64,000 bases of DNA. It comes from a virus. Taxonomy: Duplodnaviria; Caudoviricetes. The notes below the pieces were generated by a model. The model worked only from the letters and a program-made list of their open reading frames with translations. It had not been told where the DNA came from and ran no database searches. Below, piece by piece: positions 48,274 through 57,807 of this stretch (positions within the stretch are counted from its first letter, which is position 1; every line of letters starts with the position of its first letter). The DNA lies in IMG/VR virus record IMGVR_UViG_3300025389_000011, one strand, 5' to 3'. The translations under genes were made by a program, and so were the position numbers.

Positions 48274-51200
48274 ATGAGCAGTAATGACGAAATCAACGCA
48301 CAACTAGCAGAACAGATGCGTAATTTAGCCGACACTATGGCGGCTAGTAGTACTAGTACTATTTTACAAACTGAAATTCTTAAAAAGCTAGCCGCCGCTC
48401 AAGGTGTTGATGTAAAGAATATTAAGGGGTTAGACCAAGATTTTAGTAACTTAAAAACTAATATCAGTCAACAGTCTGCCGCATATCAAGCAAATCAAAA
48501 AGCCGCTGAAGAATATGCTAAAGCCATGGGCAACTTTAATGCGGCCCTTACATCAGGTACTAGAAGTTTAACATCTTTAGCCGGCGCATTATTATCATCT
48601 GAAAGAAGTTTTGGAAAGTACAATCAAGCACTAGAGGGAGCCGGAGATGCCGCATGGCAATTAGGTAAAAACTTTGGTGTGTTGGGTATGGCACTTGGCG
48701 CCTTAGTCAAGGGTGTCACAGTAGCAGCCGAACAATGGACTAAACAAGCAGATGCTACATTAAAAGCCACCGATAATTTATCTAAATTAGGTGCTGCCGG
48801 TTCACTAACGGCAAATCAAGTATTGGATATGGGCCACAATGCTGGCTTAACATCAAAAAATCTTGAAGTAATGACCAAAGCCGCTGGGCGTGCAAATAGC
48901 GGTTTATCAATATTAGGTTCTACTGTAGGTGATGGCACAAAAGCATTTGGTGCCATGGTTGCTGTTACCGCAGAACAACGTCAGGCATTTCAAAGATTAG
49001 GTGTAAGTCAAGAAGAATTGATGGATCGTCAGGCAGACTATGTAAAATTACAAGAGTTGTCTGGTAAATCATATTCCGATAGTTTATCGGATCAAAAAAG
49101 ATTAAAAAGAGAATCATTAGAATACGCAGAACAATTAACTAGATTAAGTGTTTTAACAGGTAAAAGTGCAGACAAACTACAAGAAGAACAAAATGCCGTT
49201 CAGTTAGAATACGAAGAAGTATTGTTTGAACGCCAACAGCAAAATAAAATTAATAGATTAAAAGCTGAAGGTAGAGACAAAGAAGCAAAAGATTTAGAAG
49301 AACAAGAAAAGAAACGTATTGACTTTAACAAAGTCATTACAGCAGAGTACGGTAAGAAAAAAGGTCTAGAGGTAGCTAGGGTCGGTCGTACCGGTCAGTT
49401 TGATGAAAAAACATCAGGTCTTGCACAATTAGGTATCACTGTAGGTCAGATTCAACAAGGTCAAAAAGGCGGTGAAGCTGGTGGTGCAAAGTTTGCTGAA
49501 GAACTAAAACAAGCAGGCGATAAACAAATTGACAGACTTGGTACTGCTATTGGAAAAACAAATGATGCTGAAAAGTTAGGAGCGCAATTAGGTCTAGACC
49601 AAGAGTTTATACAACGTACTGGTAACAAACAAAATCGCAACGAAGAACAAGCACTAGCTGATGCAAGGAATAAAACAGGTGGTGCCGCAGAAGGAAAATC
49701 AACTGCAGGTGGTGCCGCAGCCACAGATCCTGCTCAAATAGCAAGAAACAACTTAACAGAAACAGAAATATCTGCACAAGTAGCAGTAGATAAACTAGTA
49801 CAATCAACCAATCCTTTATTGAATGGATTTAATGCAACAACAATAGCCGCAACTGCTTTGGCAGCTGCCGCGGCCGCGGCCGCATTGGCGCTGGGTGTAA
49901 TGGCCGGAGCATCATTGCTTAAAGGTGGCAAAGGTGGATTGGGTAAATTATTGGGTAAAGGTAAAGGAGCCGCAGGCGCTGTTGAGGGAGAGGCTGCCGC
50001 ATTAGGTAAAGGAGCCGCAGGCGCTGTTGAGGGAGAGGCTGCCGCATTAGGTAAAGGAGCCGCAGGAGCAGCCGAAGGAGCAGTTGCTAAAGAAGTTGGT
50101 ACTTTAGGCAAAATGGCAGGCGTTCTTGGAAAAGTAGGTAAACTAGCAGGGCCGTTAGGCACCGCATTATCAGTAGGACTTGCTGCCAAAGAAGGATATG
50201 ATAAAGTAAGTGATGTTAACAAACAGCGTGATGCTGGGTTAATATCTAAAAATGAAGCAACAATGCAAAAAAGCCAAGCAATTGGTAGTGCCGCCGGTAG
50301 TGCAGCCGGTGGTGCAGGTGGTGCATGGGCTGGAGCAGCCGCAGGCGCCGCAATTGGATCAGTTGTACCAGTAGTAGGTACTGTTATTGGTGGATTATTA
50401 GGAGCCGCAGTTGGTGGATGGTTGGGTAGTAAGGGTGGTGAAATAATTGGTGAGAAAGCAGGTAAAATAGCCGGCGACAAATTAAAAGATGATAGTCCTG
50501 GAGCAGATAGAGCAAGTGCTGGTTTATCAGACGAAGATATTAAAAAACAAGAAGAATCAGATAAAAAAGCACTACAATCTGAAAAACAAAACACATTAGA
50601 TACTGACAAAGAAACAAAAGGGTTAACAGAAAATACAATAGCGTTAATCAATTTAACTCAAGCATTAGACGATTTAAGCAATATTCAAACTATTCAGTAT
50701 CAGGGTGGCACTGAAGAAGAAAAACAAAAAAGAATGCAGGACATCTATGCTAGATTAGGTGCAGTTGGTGGTAGAGGAAGTGCCCCGTCTGGTGGAACAG
50801 CGCCGACTACACCAACAGCGCCGACTACACCTAGTGCTCCTATCACTATGGGTAGTGGCGGTGCCGGCACTACACCTAATGACATAGTAAAAGCATTAAG
50901 TGCAAATGGTATTACTGATACAAAATCGCAATCTAATATTCTTGCTCAAATAAAAGGTGAGTCAGGTGACTTTAAACCAAAATCAGAAAATCTAAATTAT
51001 AGCCCCGAACAACTATTAAAAGTATTCCCTAATAAAGTAAAATCAATAGACGATGCCAAACGTATAGTAGCTGGTGGTCCTGAAGCAATTGGTAATTTGG
51101 TTTATGGCGGTAGAATGGGAAATGCCGCTGATGAGGGATATAAATATCGCGGTCGTGGATTAATTCAATTAACAGGTAAAGATAATTACGCTAAGTTTGG

Positions 51201-51717
51201 TAAATTGATAGGTGTAGATTTAGTAAAAAATCCAGACTTAGCCAATGATCCTGAAGTTGCAAAAAAGTTAGTTGTAGCATATTTTAAGGAAGCACAGAAA
51301 AAAGGAACCAATTTAGCGGATATTAATTCTGTAGGTAAAGCAGTTGGATACGCAGGTGGAACTGCTGAGACTGCAAAAAGATCAGGTTTTGCCACACAAT
51401 TTGCCGCTAATCTTGGTTCAGGATCTAATAATGCCGGAACAATACTAGCAAGTGCAAACGCACAAACTATACCAAGTGCACCTAATGCAGGTCAAGCATT
51501 AGCAAAAGATAATACTGCAACATCATCTAGTAAAATTGTTGCTAGTAATGCACCAACCACATCGAATACAACGCCACCGGCTGCACAACCTGATCCAATA
51601 TTAGCATCAATTGATAATCTTAACACAACAATGAACACTAAGCTAGATATGTTAATTGAGGCTGTACACAGAGGAAATGATACCCAGTCTAAATTATTAA
51701 AGACTGCAAGGGCTTAA
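48274..51717 (+). CDS. Tape-measure-like protein with GH19 (chitinase/lysozyme-like) domain
   Basis: Long helical Ala/Gly-rich body with GGxxG hydrophobic segments. ILAQIKGESG...ENLNYS...VYGGRMGN...GYKYRGRGLIQLTGKDNY is GH19-type. Confidence 0.8.
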   Translation: MSSNDEINAQLAEQMRNLADTMAASSTSTILQTEILKKLAAAQGVDVKNIKGLDQDFSNLKTNISQQSAAYQANQKAAEEYAKAMGNFNAALTSGTRSLTSLAGALLSSERSFGKYNQALEGAGDAAWQLGKNFGVLGMALGALVKGVTVAAEQWTKQADATLKATDNLSKLGAAGSLTANQVLDMGHNAGLTSKNLEVMTKAAGRANSGLSILGSTVGDGTKAFGAMVAVTAEQRQAFQRLGVSQEELMDRQADYVKLQELSGKSYSDSLSDQKRLKRESLEYAEQLTRLSVLTGKSADKLQEEQNAVQLEYEEVLFERQQQNKINRLKAEGRDKEAKDLEEQEKKRIDFNKVITAEYGKKKGLEVARVGRTGQFDEKTSGLAQLGITVGQIQQGQKGGEAGGAKFAEELKQAGDKQIDRLGTAIGKTNDAEKLGAQLGLDQEFIQRTGNKQNRNEEQALADARNKTGGAAEGKSTAGGAAATDPAQIARNNLTETEISAQVAVDKLVQSTNPLLNGFNATTIAATALAAAAAAAALALGVMAGASLLKGGKGGLGKLLGKGKGAAGAVEGEAAALGKGAAGAVEGEAAALGKGAAGAAEGAVAKEVGTLGKMAGVLGKVGKLAGPLGTALSVGLAAKEGYDKVSDVNKQRDAGLISKNEATMQKSQAIGSAAGSAAGGAGGAWAGAAAGAAIGSVVPVVGTVIGGLLGAAVGGWLGSKGGEIIGEKAGKIAGDKLKDDSPGADRASAGLSDEDIKKQEESDKKALQSEKQNTLDTDKETKGLTENTIALINLTQALDDLSNIQTIQYQGGTEEEKQKRMQDIYARLGAVGGRGSAPSGGTAPTTPTAPTTPSAPITMGSGGAGTTPNDIVKALSANGITDTKSQSNILAQIKGESGDFKPKSENLNYSPEQLLKVFPNKVKSIDDAKRIVAGGPEAIGNLVYGGRMGNAADEGYKYRGRGLIQLTGKDNYAKFGKLIGVDLVKNPDLANDPEVAKKLVVAYFKEAQKKGTNLADINSVGKAVGYAGGTAETAKRSGFATQFAANLGSGSNNAGTILASANAQTIPSAPNAGQALAKDNTATSSSKIVASNAPTTSNTTPPAAQPDPILASIDNLNTTMNTKLDMLIEAVHRGNDTQSKLLKTARA
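49960..50066 (+). repeat. Perfect 45-nt tandem repeat (2.4 copies) in the tape-measure gene
   Basis: GGTAAAGGAGCCGCAGGCGCTGTTGAGGGAGAGGCTGCCGCATTA at 49960 and 50005, partial at 50050. Encodes GKGAAGAVEGEAAAL. Confidence 0.95.
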
Positions 51718-51719
51718 CA

Positions 51720-51726
51720 ATAAATA
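51720..51726 (+). promoter_or_regulatory. Late promoter ATAAATA
   Basis: Between the tape-measure stop and the portal ATG. Confidence 0.6.
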
Positions 51727-51730
51727 CATT

Positions 51731-53527
51731 ATGTCATATAAAAAGCGTTTTACCAACAAAACAGGTATATCTAGTCCAATCAGCGGTGCTAATAGTACCA
51801 CTGGAGCTTGGAACGGCAGTCCAGGTCAAAATGGTTCTGAAACAGGTGGTTGGAATAATCAAGAAATGGGTTATAAAAACTATATGTCTAGACTTCCTGA
51901 AGTCTATACAGGACACCCAAACCGTATCGAACGTTATAATCAATATGAAATGATGGATGTTGATGCTGAAATTAATGCTTGTTTAGATATTTTAGCTGAG
52001 TTCAGTACGCAAAAAAATGAACATAACAACACTCCATTTAACTTAAAATACAAAGATGACCCTACTCCACATGAAGTAGAATTGTTAAAAACACAGTTAC
52101 AGCAATGGTGTAAATTAAATGATTTTGATAAAAGAGCATTTAAAATTTTCCGTAATGTTGTAAAATACGGAGACCAAGTATTTGTGCGTGACCCAGAAAC
52201 GTTTAAGTTATTTTGGGTAGACATGACTAAAGTTGTTAAAGTTATTGTTAACGAAAGTGAAGGTAAATTACCAGAACAGTATGTTATCAAAGATATTAAC
52301 ATTAATTTACAAAATTTAACAGTAGCACAAAAAACAAACACAGACTTTGCCGCTAATCCTGCAACTGGTTTAGGTGGTACAGGTGGTGGTTCTAATACAA
52401 ATGGTTATACTGTTCCAAGTATGCCATACAATACAACAGGTTCAAGATTTACTTTAGGTCAAAGCGAAAGTGCTATTGATAGTAAACACATTGTTCACTT
52501 GAGTTTAACTGAAGGTTTAGACAGATTTTGGCCGTTTGGTCAATCAATATTAGAGAATATTTTTAAAGTATACAAACAAAAAGAACTGTTAGAAGATGCT
52601 GTTCTTATCTATCGTGTACAACGTGCTCCAGAACGTAGAATGTTTAAGATTGACGTTGGTAATATGCCAAGTCACTTAGCTATGGCTTTTGTTGAACGTA
52701 TTAAAAATGAAATTCACCAAAGACGTATCCCTTCAATCAATGGTGGACAATCTGTAGTAGATGCTACATACAATCCATTAAGTATGAACGAAGATTACTT
52801 TTTCCCAGTAACTGCTGATGGTCGTGGTAGTAGCGTTGAAGTATTACCAGGTGGACAAAATCTTGGTGAAATTGATGACTTGAAGTATTTTAATAATAGA
52901 TTGGCACGTGGACTACGTGTACCAAGTAGTTATTTACCTACAGGCCCTGATGACAATACTACTCCATTAAATGATGGCCGTGTTGGTACAGCTATGATTC
53001 AAGAGTTTCGTTTCAATCAATATTGTGAACGTCTACAAAAATACATGAGTGATAAGTTGGATGAAGAATTCAAACTATTCTTGCGTTGGAGAGGTTTTAA
53101 TATTGATAGTGGATTGTTTACAATGGAATTTAATCCACCGCAAAACTTTGCAAGTTATCGTCAAAGTGAGTTAGATACTGCACGTGTTAATACATTTAGT
53201 ACGATGGAAGCGTTTCCTTACATCAGTAAACGTTTTGCAATGGAACGTTTCTTAGGTTTAACTGAAGACGAAATCAACAAAAACGAAACATTATGGCGTG
53301 AAGAAAACGGTAAAAATGTTACGGAAGAACCACAGGGTGAAGACTTACGTAATATTGGTATCAATGCAGGAAGTATTGATAGCGATTTAGAAACAGCAGA
53401 CCAACTTGAAAATCCTCCACCAGAGGGTGATGAGACAGGTGGACTTGATGTTGCAGGTCCAGTTGTAGGAGGACAAGCAGGCAATCAACCAGCGGGAACA
53501 CCTGCTCCAACAGGAACACCAGTTTAA
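51731..53527 (+). CDS. gp20: Portal protein, T4 gp20-like
   Basis: RIERYNQYEMM, LLEDAVLIYRVQRAPERRMFKIDVGNMP, EDYFFP, LPGGQNLGEIDDLKYF and ARGLRVPSS motifs. Confidence 0.95.
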   Translation: MSYKKRFTNKTGISSPISGANSTTGAWNGSPGQNGSETGGWNNQEMGYKNYMSRLPEVYTGHPNRIERYNQYEMMDVDAEINACLDILAEFSTQKNEHNNTPFNLKYKDDPTPHEVELLKTQLQQWCKLNDFDKRAFKIFRNVVKYGDQVFVRDPETFKLFWVDMTKVVKVIVNESEGKLPEQYVIKDININLQNLTVAQKTNTDFAANPATGLGGTGGGSNTNGYTVPSMPYNTTGSRFTLGQSESAIDSKHIVHLSLTEGLDRFWPFGQSILENIFKVYKQKELLEDAVLIYRVQRAPERRMFKIDVGNMPSHLAMAFVERIKNEIHQRRIPSINGGQSVVDATYNPLSMNEDYFFPVTADGRGSSVEVLPGGQNLGEIDDLKYFNNRLARGLRVPSSYLPTGPDDNTTPLNDGRVGTAMIQEFRFNQYCERLQKYMSDKLDEEFKLFLRWRGFNIDSGLFTMEFNPPQNFASYRQSELDTARVNTFSTMEAFPYISKRFAMERFLGLTEDEINKNETLWREENGKNVTEEPQGEDLRNIGINAGSIDSDLETADQLENPPPEGDETGGLDVAGPVVGGQAGNQPAGTPAPTGTPV

Positions 53528-53528
53528 G

Positions 53529-53535
53529 ATAAATA
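53529..53535 (+). promoter_or_regulatory. Late promoter ATAAATA
   Basis: Immediately upstream of ATG 53542. Confidence 0.6.
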
Positions 53536-53541
53536 CTATCT

Positions 53542-53781
53542 ATGAAATTAATGGAAATGTTCGACAAAGCCATAGAAGGCTATCAAGATGTTGCAAGTGA
53601 CAACAGTAGACCTGAATGGAAAGAAAGCCGTAAAACAAAATTAACATTACGTCAAATCAGAAAATTACGAAAAATGATGGATGTTCGTAATTACGAAAAA
53701 CAAATGCACATGAAAAAAGTACAAGAACAATATGGCGCGGCAAGTGCGGCCGCAGCCGGAGCCGCTCAACCCACTCTCTAA
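53542..53781 (+). CDS. Small head-region protein
   Basis: 79 aa with a basic helix RKTKLTLRQIRKLRKM, between the portal and core genes. Confidence 0.75.
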   Translation: MKLMEMFDKAIEGYQDVASDNSRPEWKESRKTKLTLRQIRKLRKMMDVRNYEKQMHMKKVQEQYGAASAAAAGAAQPTL

Positions 53782-53846
53782 AAACCATTATCTCTCCTAA
53801 AAACGTAAAAAATACGTGCTTATTGAGTAGTTTGTATAACTACGCA

Positions 53847-53853
53847 CTAAATA
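53847..53853 (+). promoter_or_regulatory. Late promoter CTAAATA
   Basis: Upstream of the TTAGGAG RBS of 53886 and preceded by a GTAGTT-TGTAT-AACTAC hairpin. Confidence 0.55.
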
Positions 53854-53885
53854 ATTCTACAAAGCCATTACTTAGGAGAATATAA

Positions 53886-54731
53886 ATGGACAACAAAAAA
53901 TTTGAACAACTTATTGATTTGATTATCAATGAGAACGAAGAACAAGCACGTGCGTTATTCCACGACATCGTTGTTGAAAAATCCCGCGAGATTTATGAGA
54001 CAATCATGGACGAAGAAAACATGGAAGAAGACGGCATGGGTGGTCAAGTAGGCCAAATGATGGACGAAATCTCAGCAGAACACGAAGGTATGGTTGAAGC
54101 TGAAGACGAAGAAATCGACTTTGACGATGATGGCGATGATGAAATCATTGACATTGACGGTGAAGATGATGACCACGAAGAAGAAGAATTAGAAGACCGT
54201 GTAACTGACTTAGAAGACAAGTTAGATGAGTTGATGGCTGAATTTGAAGAAATTATGGCTGACCGTGATGGTGAAGAATCTGATGCTGAGTTTGATGACC
54301 AAGCTGAAGAAGAAGGTGAAGACTTAACTCACGACATGGAACAAGAACATGATGACTTAGACGAAATGGAAATGGACGAAGACCCAATGATGGAAGCCAT
54401 TGCATTAAAGAAAGTTCCTGTAACTCATGGTGATAACGGTGTACAAACTAAATCTACTGTAACATCTAATTCAGGTCAAGCTGGAATGGATAGTAAGCCA
54501 GTTAAGTTCAGTGGTAGCGCAGAAGCTAACCCAACAAGTCCTAAGAAACCAAGTAACATTTATTCAAAGGGCGAAACACAAGTTAAAGATGCAACTAAGT
54601 GGAAAAATGCTCCTGCACAAAACAATGCAGACTTAGAAAGCACACCAAAACCAGTGACTAAAGACGGCGCAACAGGAACTAAGAGTCCAGTAGCTGAGTC
54701 ACGTAAAACTTCTACTAAGCGTAGAGTATAA
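53886..54731 (+). CDS. Acidic prohead core/scaffold-like protein (gp67/68 position)
   Basis: Very Asp/Glu-rich, located between portal and protease. Confidence 0.65.
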   Translation: MDNKKFEQLIDLIINENEEQARALFHDIVVEKSREIYETIMDEENMEEDGMGGQVGQMMDEISAEHEGMVEAEDEEIDFDDDGDDEIIDIDGEDDDHEEEELEDRVTDLEDKLDELMAEFEEIMADRDGEESDAEFDDQAEEEGEDLTHDMEQEHDDLDEMEMDEDPMMEAIALKKVPVTHGDNGVQTKSTVTSNSGQAGMDSKPVKFSGSAEANPTSPKKPSNIYSKGETQVKDATKWKNAPAQNNADLESTPKPVTKDGATGTKSPVAESRKTSTKRRV

Positions 54732-54745
54732 AGGATCTGAGAGCA

Positions 54746-55381
54746 ATGGCTTTGTATCTCAAAGAACACTTATCTTTCGACCGTGCCAGTATGGTAGTCG
54801 AGAGTATAAGTGAGGGCGATAAGAAAAACCTTTACATGAAAGGTATTTTCATTCAGGGCGGGGTAAAAAACGCTAATGAGCGTATTTACCCTGTTTCCGA
54901 AATCGAAGCCGCAGTACAAACACTAAACTCACAAATCGCTGAAGGACATTCAGTATTAGGTGAAGTGGATCATCCAGATGATTTAAAGATTAATTTAGAC
55001 CGTGTATCACATATGATTACTCAAATGTGGATGGACGGAGCTAATGGATTCGGTAAATTAAAGATTTTACCAACTCCAATGGGGCAGTTAGTAGCTACTA
55101 TGTTGGAGAGTGGAGTGAAACTAGGCGTTTCAAGTCGTGGATCAGGTAATGTAAACGACATGGACGGCAAAGTGAGTGACTTTGAAATAGTCACGGTGGA
55201 TATTGTTGCTCAACCGAGCGCACCAAATGCATATCCTAAAGCAATTTATGAAGGCATGATGAATATGAAGCATGGTCATAAGTTGTTAGATATAGCAAAA
55301 GACGCACAAGGCAACAAGAAAGTAGAAAGATACTTGAAAGAGGAAGTAATGCGCCTTATCAAGGATCTTAAAATTAAATAA
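54746..55381 (+). CDS. gp21: Prohead protease, T4 gp21-like
   Basis: GIFIQGGVKNANERIY, LGEVDHP, RVSH, GVSSRGSG and DIVAQPSAPNAY motifs. Confidence 0.95.
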   Translation: MALYLKEHLSFDRASMVVESISEGDKKNLYMKGIFIQGGVKNANERIYPVSEIEAAVQTLNSQIAEGHSVLGEVDHPDDLKINLDRVSHMITQMWMDGANGFGKLKILPTPMGQLVATMLESGVKLGVSSRGSGNVNDMDGKVSDFEIVTVDIVAQPSAPNAYPKAIYEGMMNMKHGHKLLDIAKDAQGNKKVERYLKEEVMRLIKDLKIK

Positions 55382-55392
55382 GGGGAAACAGC

Positions 55393-56493
55393 ATGTTTGA
55401 TGCTATCAAGCCATTACTTGAAAGTGGACTTATTAACGAAGATGTAGGCCAGGCTCTAAATGAAGCATGGGAATCTAAGTTAAATGAGGCACGTGAACAA
55501 GTTCGTGCAGAACTACGTGAGGAATTCGCACAACGTTATGAACACGACAGAATCGTGATGGTAGAAGCCCTTGATAAAATGGTTACAGAAAGTTTATCAG
55601 AAGAAATTTCCGAATTTCAAACTGAAAGACAAGCAATGAACGAAGACCGCGTAAAAGCTAAACAGCAATTACGTGAACACGCAACAAAATTCAATGATTT
55701 TATGGTTACTAAACTAGCTGAAGAAATCAAAGAATTACGTGGCGAGCGCAAACTACAAATGGAAAATCAGCAAAAGTTAGAACAATTCGTTGTTCATGCT
55801 TTAGCACGTGAAATCAAAGAATTCTCACAAGATAAGAAAGCTGTAGTCGAAGCCAAAGTTAAGTTAGTTGCTGAAGGCCGTAAACAATTAGAAGCACTAA
55901 AAGCAAAATTTGTTAATGAAAGTGCTGAAAGATTGAATAAGGTTGTAACTACACATCTTAAAGGCGAATTGAGCCAGTTGAAGGAAGACATCAAAGTTGC
56001 AAAAGAAAACAACTTTGGCCGTCGTATCTTTGAAAGTTTTGCAAGTGAGTTCTCAGTAACACACTTAAATGACAAAGCGGAAACACGCAAGTTATTGAAT
56101 GCATTACAATTAAAAGACCAGCAATTAGCTGAATCTATCGAAACACTTAACCAAACTAAAAAATTGGTTGAAACAAAGGAACGTGAAGTCCGCATTATCA
56201 AAGAATCTAATCAACGTGAAAAAATGATGAGTGAGTTACTTGCTCCATTAAACAATGAGAAGGCTAAGGTAATGAAGGATTTACTAGAAAGTGTGCAAAC
56301 ACCAAAATTGCAAGCCACTTTCGATAAGTATCTACCAGCAGTTCTAAATTCTGGCGCAGTAAACAAGACTACCAAGTCTGTTTTAAGCGAAAGTATTAAA
56401 GAAGTAACTGGTGATAAATCTGCCAAGAAACAAGAAGTTGATATGGACCAACGTGACAACGTTATCGATATCAAGCGTCTGGCAGGGCTTTAA
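55393..56493 (+). CDS. gp22: Prohead core scaffold protein, T4 gp22-like
   Basis: Long coiled coil between protease and MCP, with ENNFGRRIFESF motif. Confidence 0.85.
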   Translation: MFDAIKPLLESGLINEDVGQALNEAWESKLNEAREQVRAELREEFAQRYEHDRIVMVEALDKMVTESLSEEISEFQTERQAMNEDRVKAKQQLREHATKFNDFMVTKLAEEIKELRGERKLQMENQQKLEQFVVHALAREIKEFSQDKKAVVEAKVKLVAEGRKQLEALKAKFVNESAERLNKVVTTHLKGELSQLKEDIKVAKENNFGRRIFESFASEFSVTHLNDKAETRKLLNALQLKDQQLAESIETLNQTKKLVETKEREVRIIKESNQREKMMSELLAPLNNEKAKVMKDLLESVQTPKLQATFDKYLPAVLNSGAVNKTTKSVLSESIKEVTGDKSAKKQEVDMDQRDNVIDIKRLAGL

Positions 56494-56522
56494 AAAAAAG
56501 ACATAGATTAGGAGAATATAAA

Positions 56523-57719
56523 ATGTCAAAAGTTCTATTAGAAAGCCGTTGGGACGAGACCAAGGAAGCTCTGTTAGAAGGCTTAAAAGGCACTCGCCGC
56601 TCAACAATGAGTGTTATTTTAGAAAACACTAAAAAACAGTTGTTAGCTGAATCATCAGCAGGAACAACAACATCTGGTAATATCGCTACATTAAACCGTG
56701 TGATTCTTCCAGTTATCCGTCGTGTAATGCCAACTGTTATCGCTAATGAGTTGGTAGGCGTTCAGCCAATGACTGGTCCAGTAGGTCAGATTCATACATT
56801 ACGTGTACGTTATGCAAACAACTTGACTGATAACTCAGCCGCTCAAACTAGCGTAACAGCTGGTCAAGAAGCGTTAAGTCCATTCTTGATTGCTCAAGCA
56901 TATTCACGTACTCCATATGGTACTGACACATCAAGTTACTATACTGCTAACGACACAGCTGCCTTAGAAGGCAACGGTGGTAAGCAAATCAGCGTACAAA
57001 TCTTACGTCAAGCTGTTGAAGCTAAATCACGTAAGTTACAAGCACGTTGGACATTTGAGGCAGCACAAGATGCTCAGTCTCAACATGGTATTGACGTAGA
57101 AGCAGAAATCATGGCAGCTCTTGCACAAGAGATTACTGCTGAGATTGACCAAGAAATTCTATTGTCATTAGCTACATTAGCAACAACAGAGTATACATAC
57201 AACCAAGCTACTGTATCAGGTACAGCTACTTACGTTGGTGACGAACACGCTGCCTTAGCTGTTCTAATCAATCGTGTTGCTAACTTGATTGCACAACGCA
57301 CACGTCGTGGTGCTGGTAACTGGGCAGTTGTATCTCCAGCTTCATTGACTGTATTACAGTCAGCAACAACATCAGCTTTTGCTCGTACAACAGAAGGTAC
57401 ATTCGAAGCTCCAACTAACACTAAGTTCGTTGGTACATTGAATGGTGCTATGCGTGTATTTGTAAATAGCTATGCTCCAGATACACAACCTGTATTGGTT
57501 GGTTACAAAGGTTCATCAGAGACTGATGCGGCAGCTTTCTATTGCCCATACATTCCATTGATGAGTTCTGGTGTTGTTCTAGATCCTAGCTCATTCGAGC
57601 CAGTAGTTTCATTTATGACTCGTTATGGTTATATCGAGTTAACAAATACTGCGTCATCATTTGGTAACGCGGCTGACTACGTTGGTGAAATTGCGGTTCA
57701 GAATTTAACTTTTCAGTGA
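56523..57719 (+). CDS. gp23: Major capsid protein, T4 gp23-like
   Basis: RRVMPTVIANELVGVQPMTGPVGQIHTLR, RKLQARWTFEAAQD, EIDQEIL, YCPYIPL and FMTRYG motifs. Confidence 0.97.
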   Translation: MSKVLLESRWDETKEALLEGLKGTRRSTMSVILENTKKQLLAESSAGTTTSGNIATLNRVILPVIRRVMPTVIANELVGVQPMTGPVGQIHTLRVRYANNLTDNSAAQTSVTAGQEALSPFLIAQAYSRTPYGTDTSSYYTANDTAALEGNGGKQISVQILRQAVEAKSRKLQARWTFEAAQDAQSQHGIDVEAEIMAALAQEITAEIDQEILLSLATLATTEYTYNQATVSGTATYVGDEHAALAVLINRVANLIAQRTRRGAGNWAVVSPASLTVLQSATTSAFARTTEGTFEAPTNTKFVGTLNGAMRVFVNSYAPDTQPVLVGYKGSSETDAAAFYCPYIPLMSSGVVLDPSSFEPVVSFMTRYGYIELTNTASSFGNAADYVGEIAVQNLTFQ

Positions 57720-57760
57720 AATTCAAAACACATTAATATCTTTACAGATATTATCAAATC

Positions 57761-57784
57761 AAAAGGCTCTTCGGAGCCTTTTTT
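57761..57784 (+). terminator. Rho-independent terminator after the capsid gene
   Basis: AAAAGGCTC-TTCG-GAGCCTTTTTT: UUCG loop, U-tract, and bidirectional-type A-tract. Confidence 0.9.
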
Positions 57785-57807
57785 GTTGGCTATCTATTAA
57801 ATACTAT

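Noticed and set aside
49734-50651. 305-aa antisense ORF inside the tape-measure gene
   Set aside because: A shadow of Gly/Ala (GGN/GCN) codon bias on the sense strand; Pro/Ala-rich product with no RBS or motif.
50796-50831. 18-nt tandem repeat AACAGCGCCGACTACACC x2
   Set aside because: It only encodes a TAPTTP linker before the GH19 domain; ordinary low-complexity linker.
53827-53843. Hairpin GTAGTT-TGTAT-AACTAC before the prohead-core late promoter
   Set aside because: Short AT-rich stem with no U-tract and not covering the RBS; insufficient evidence for a function.
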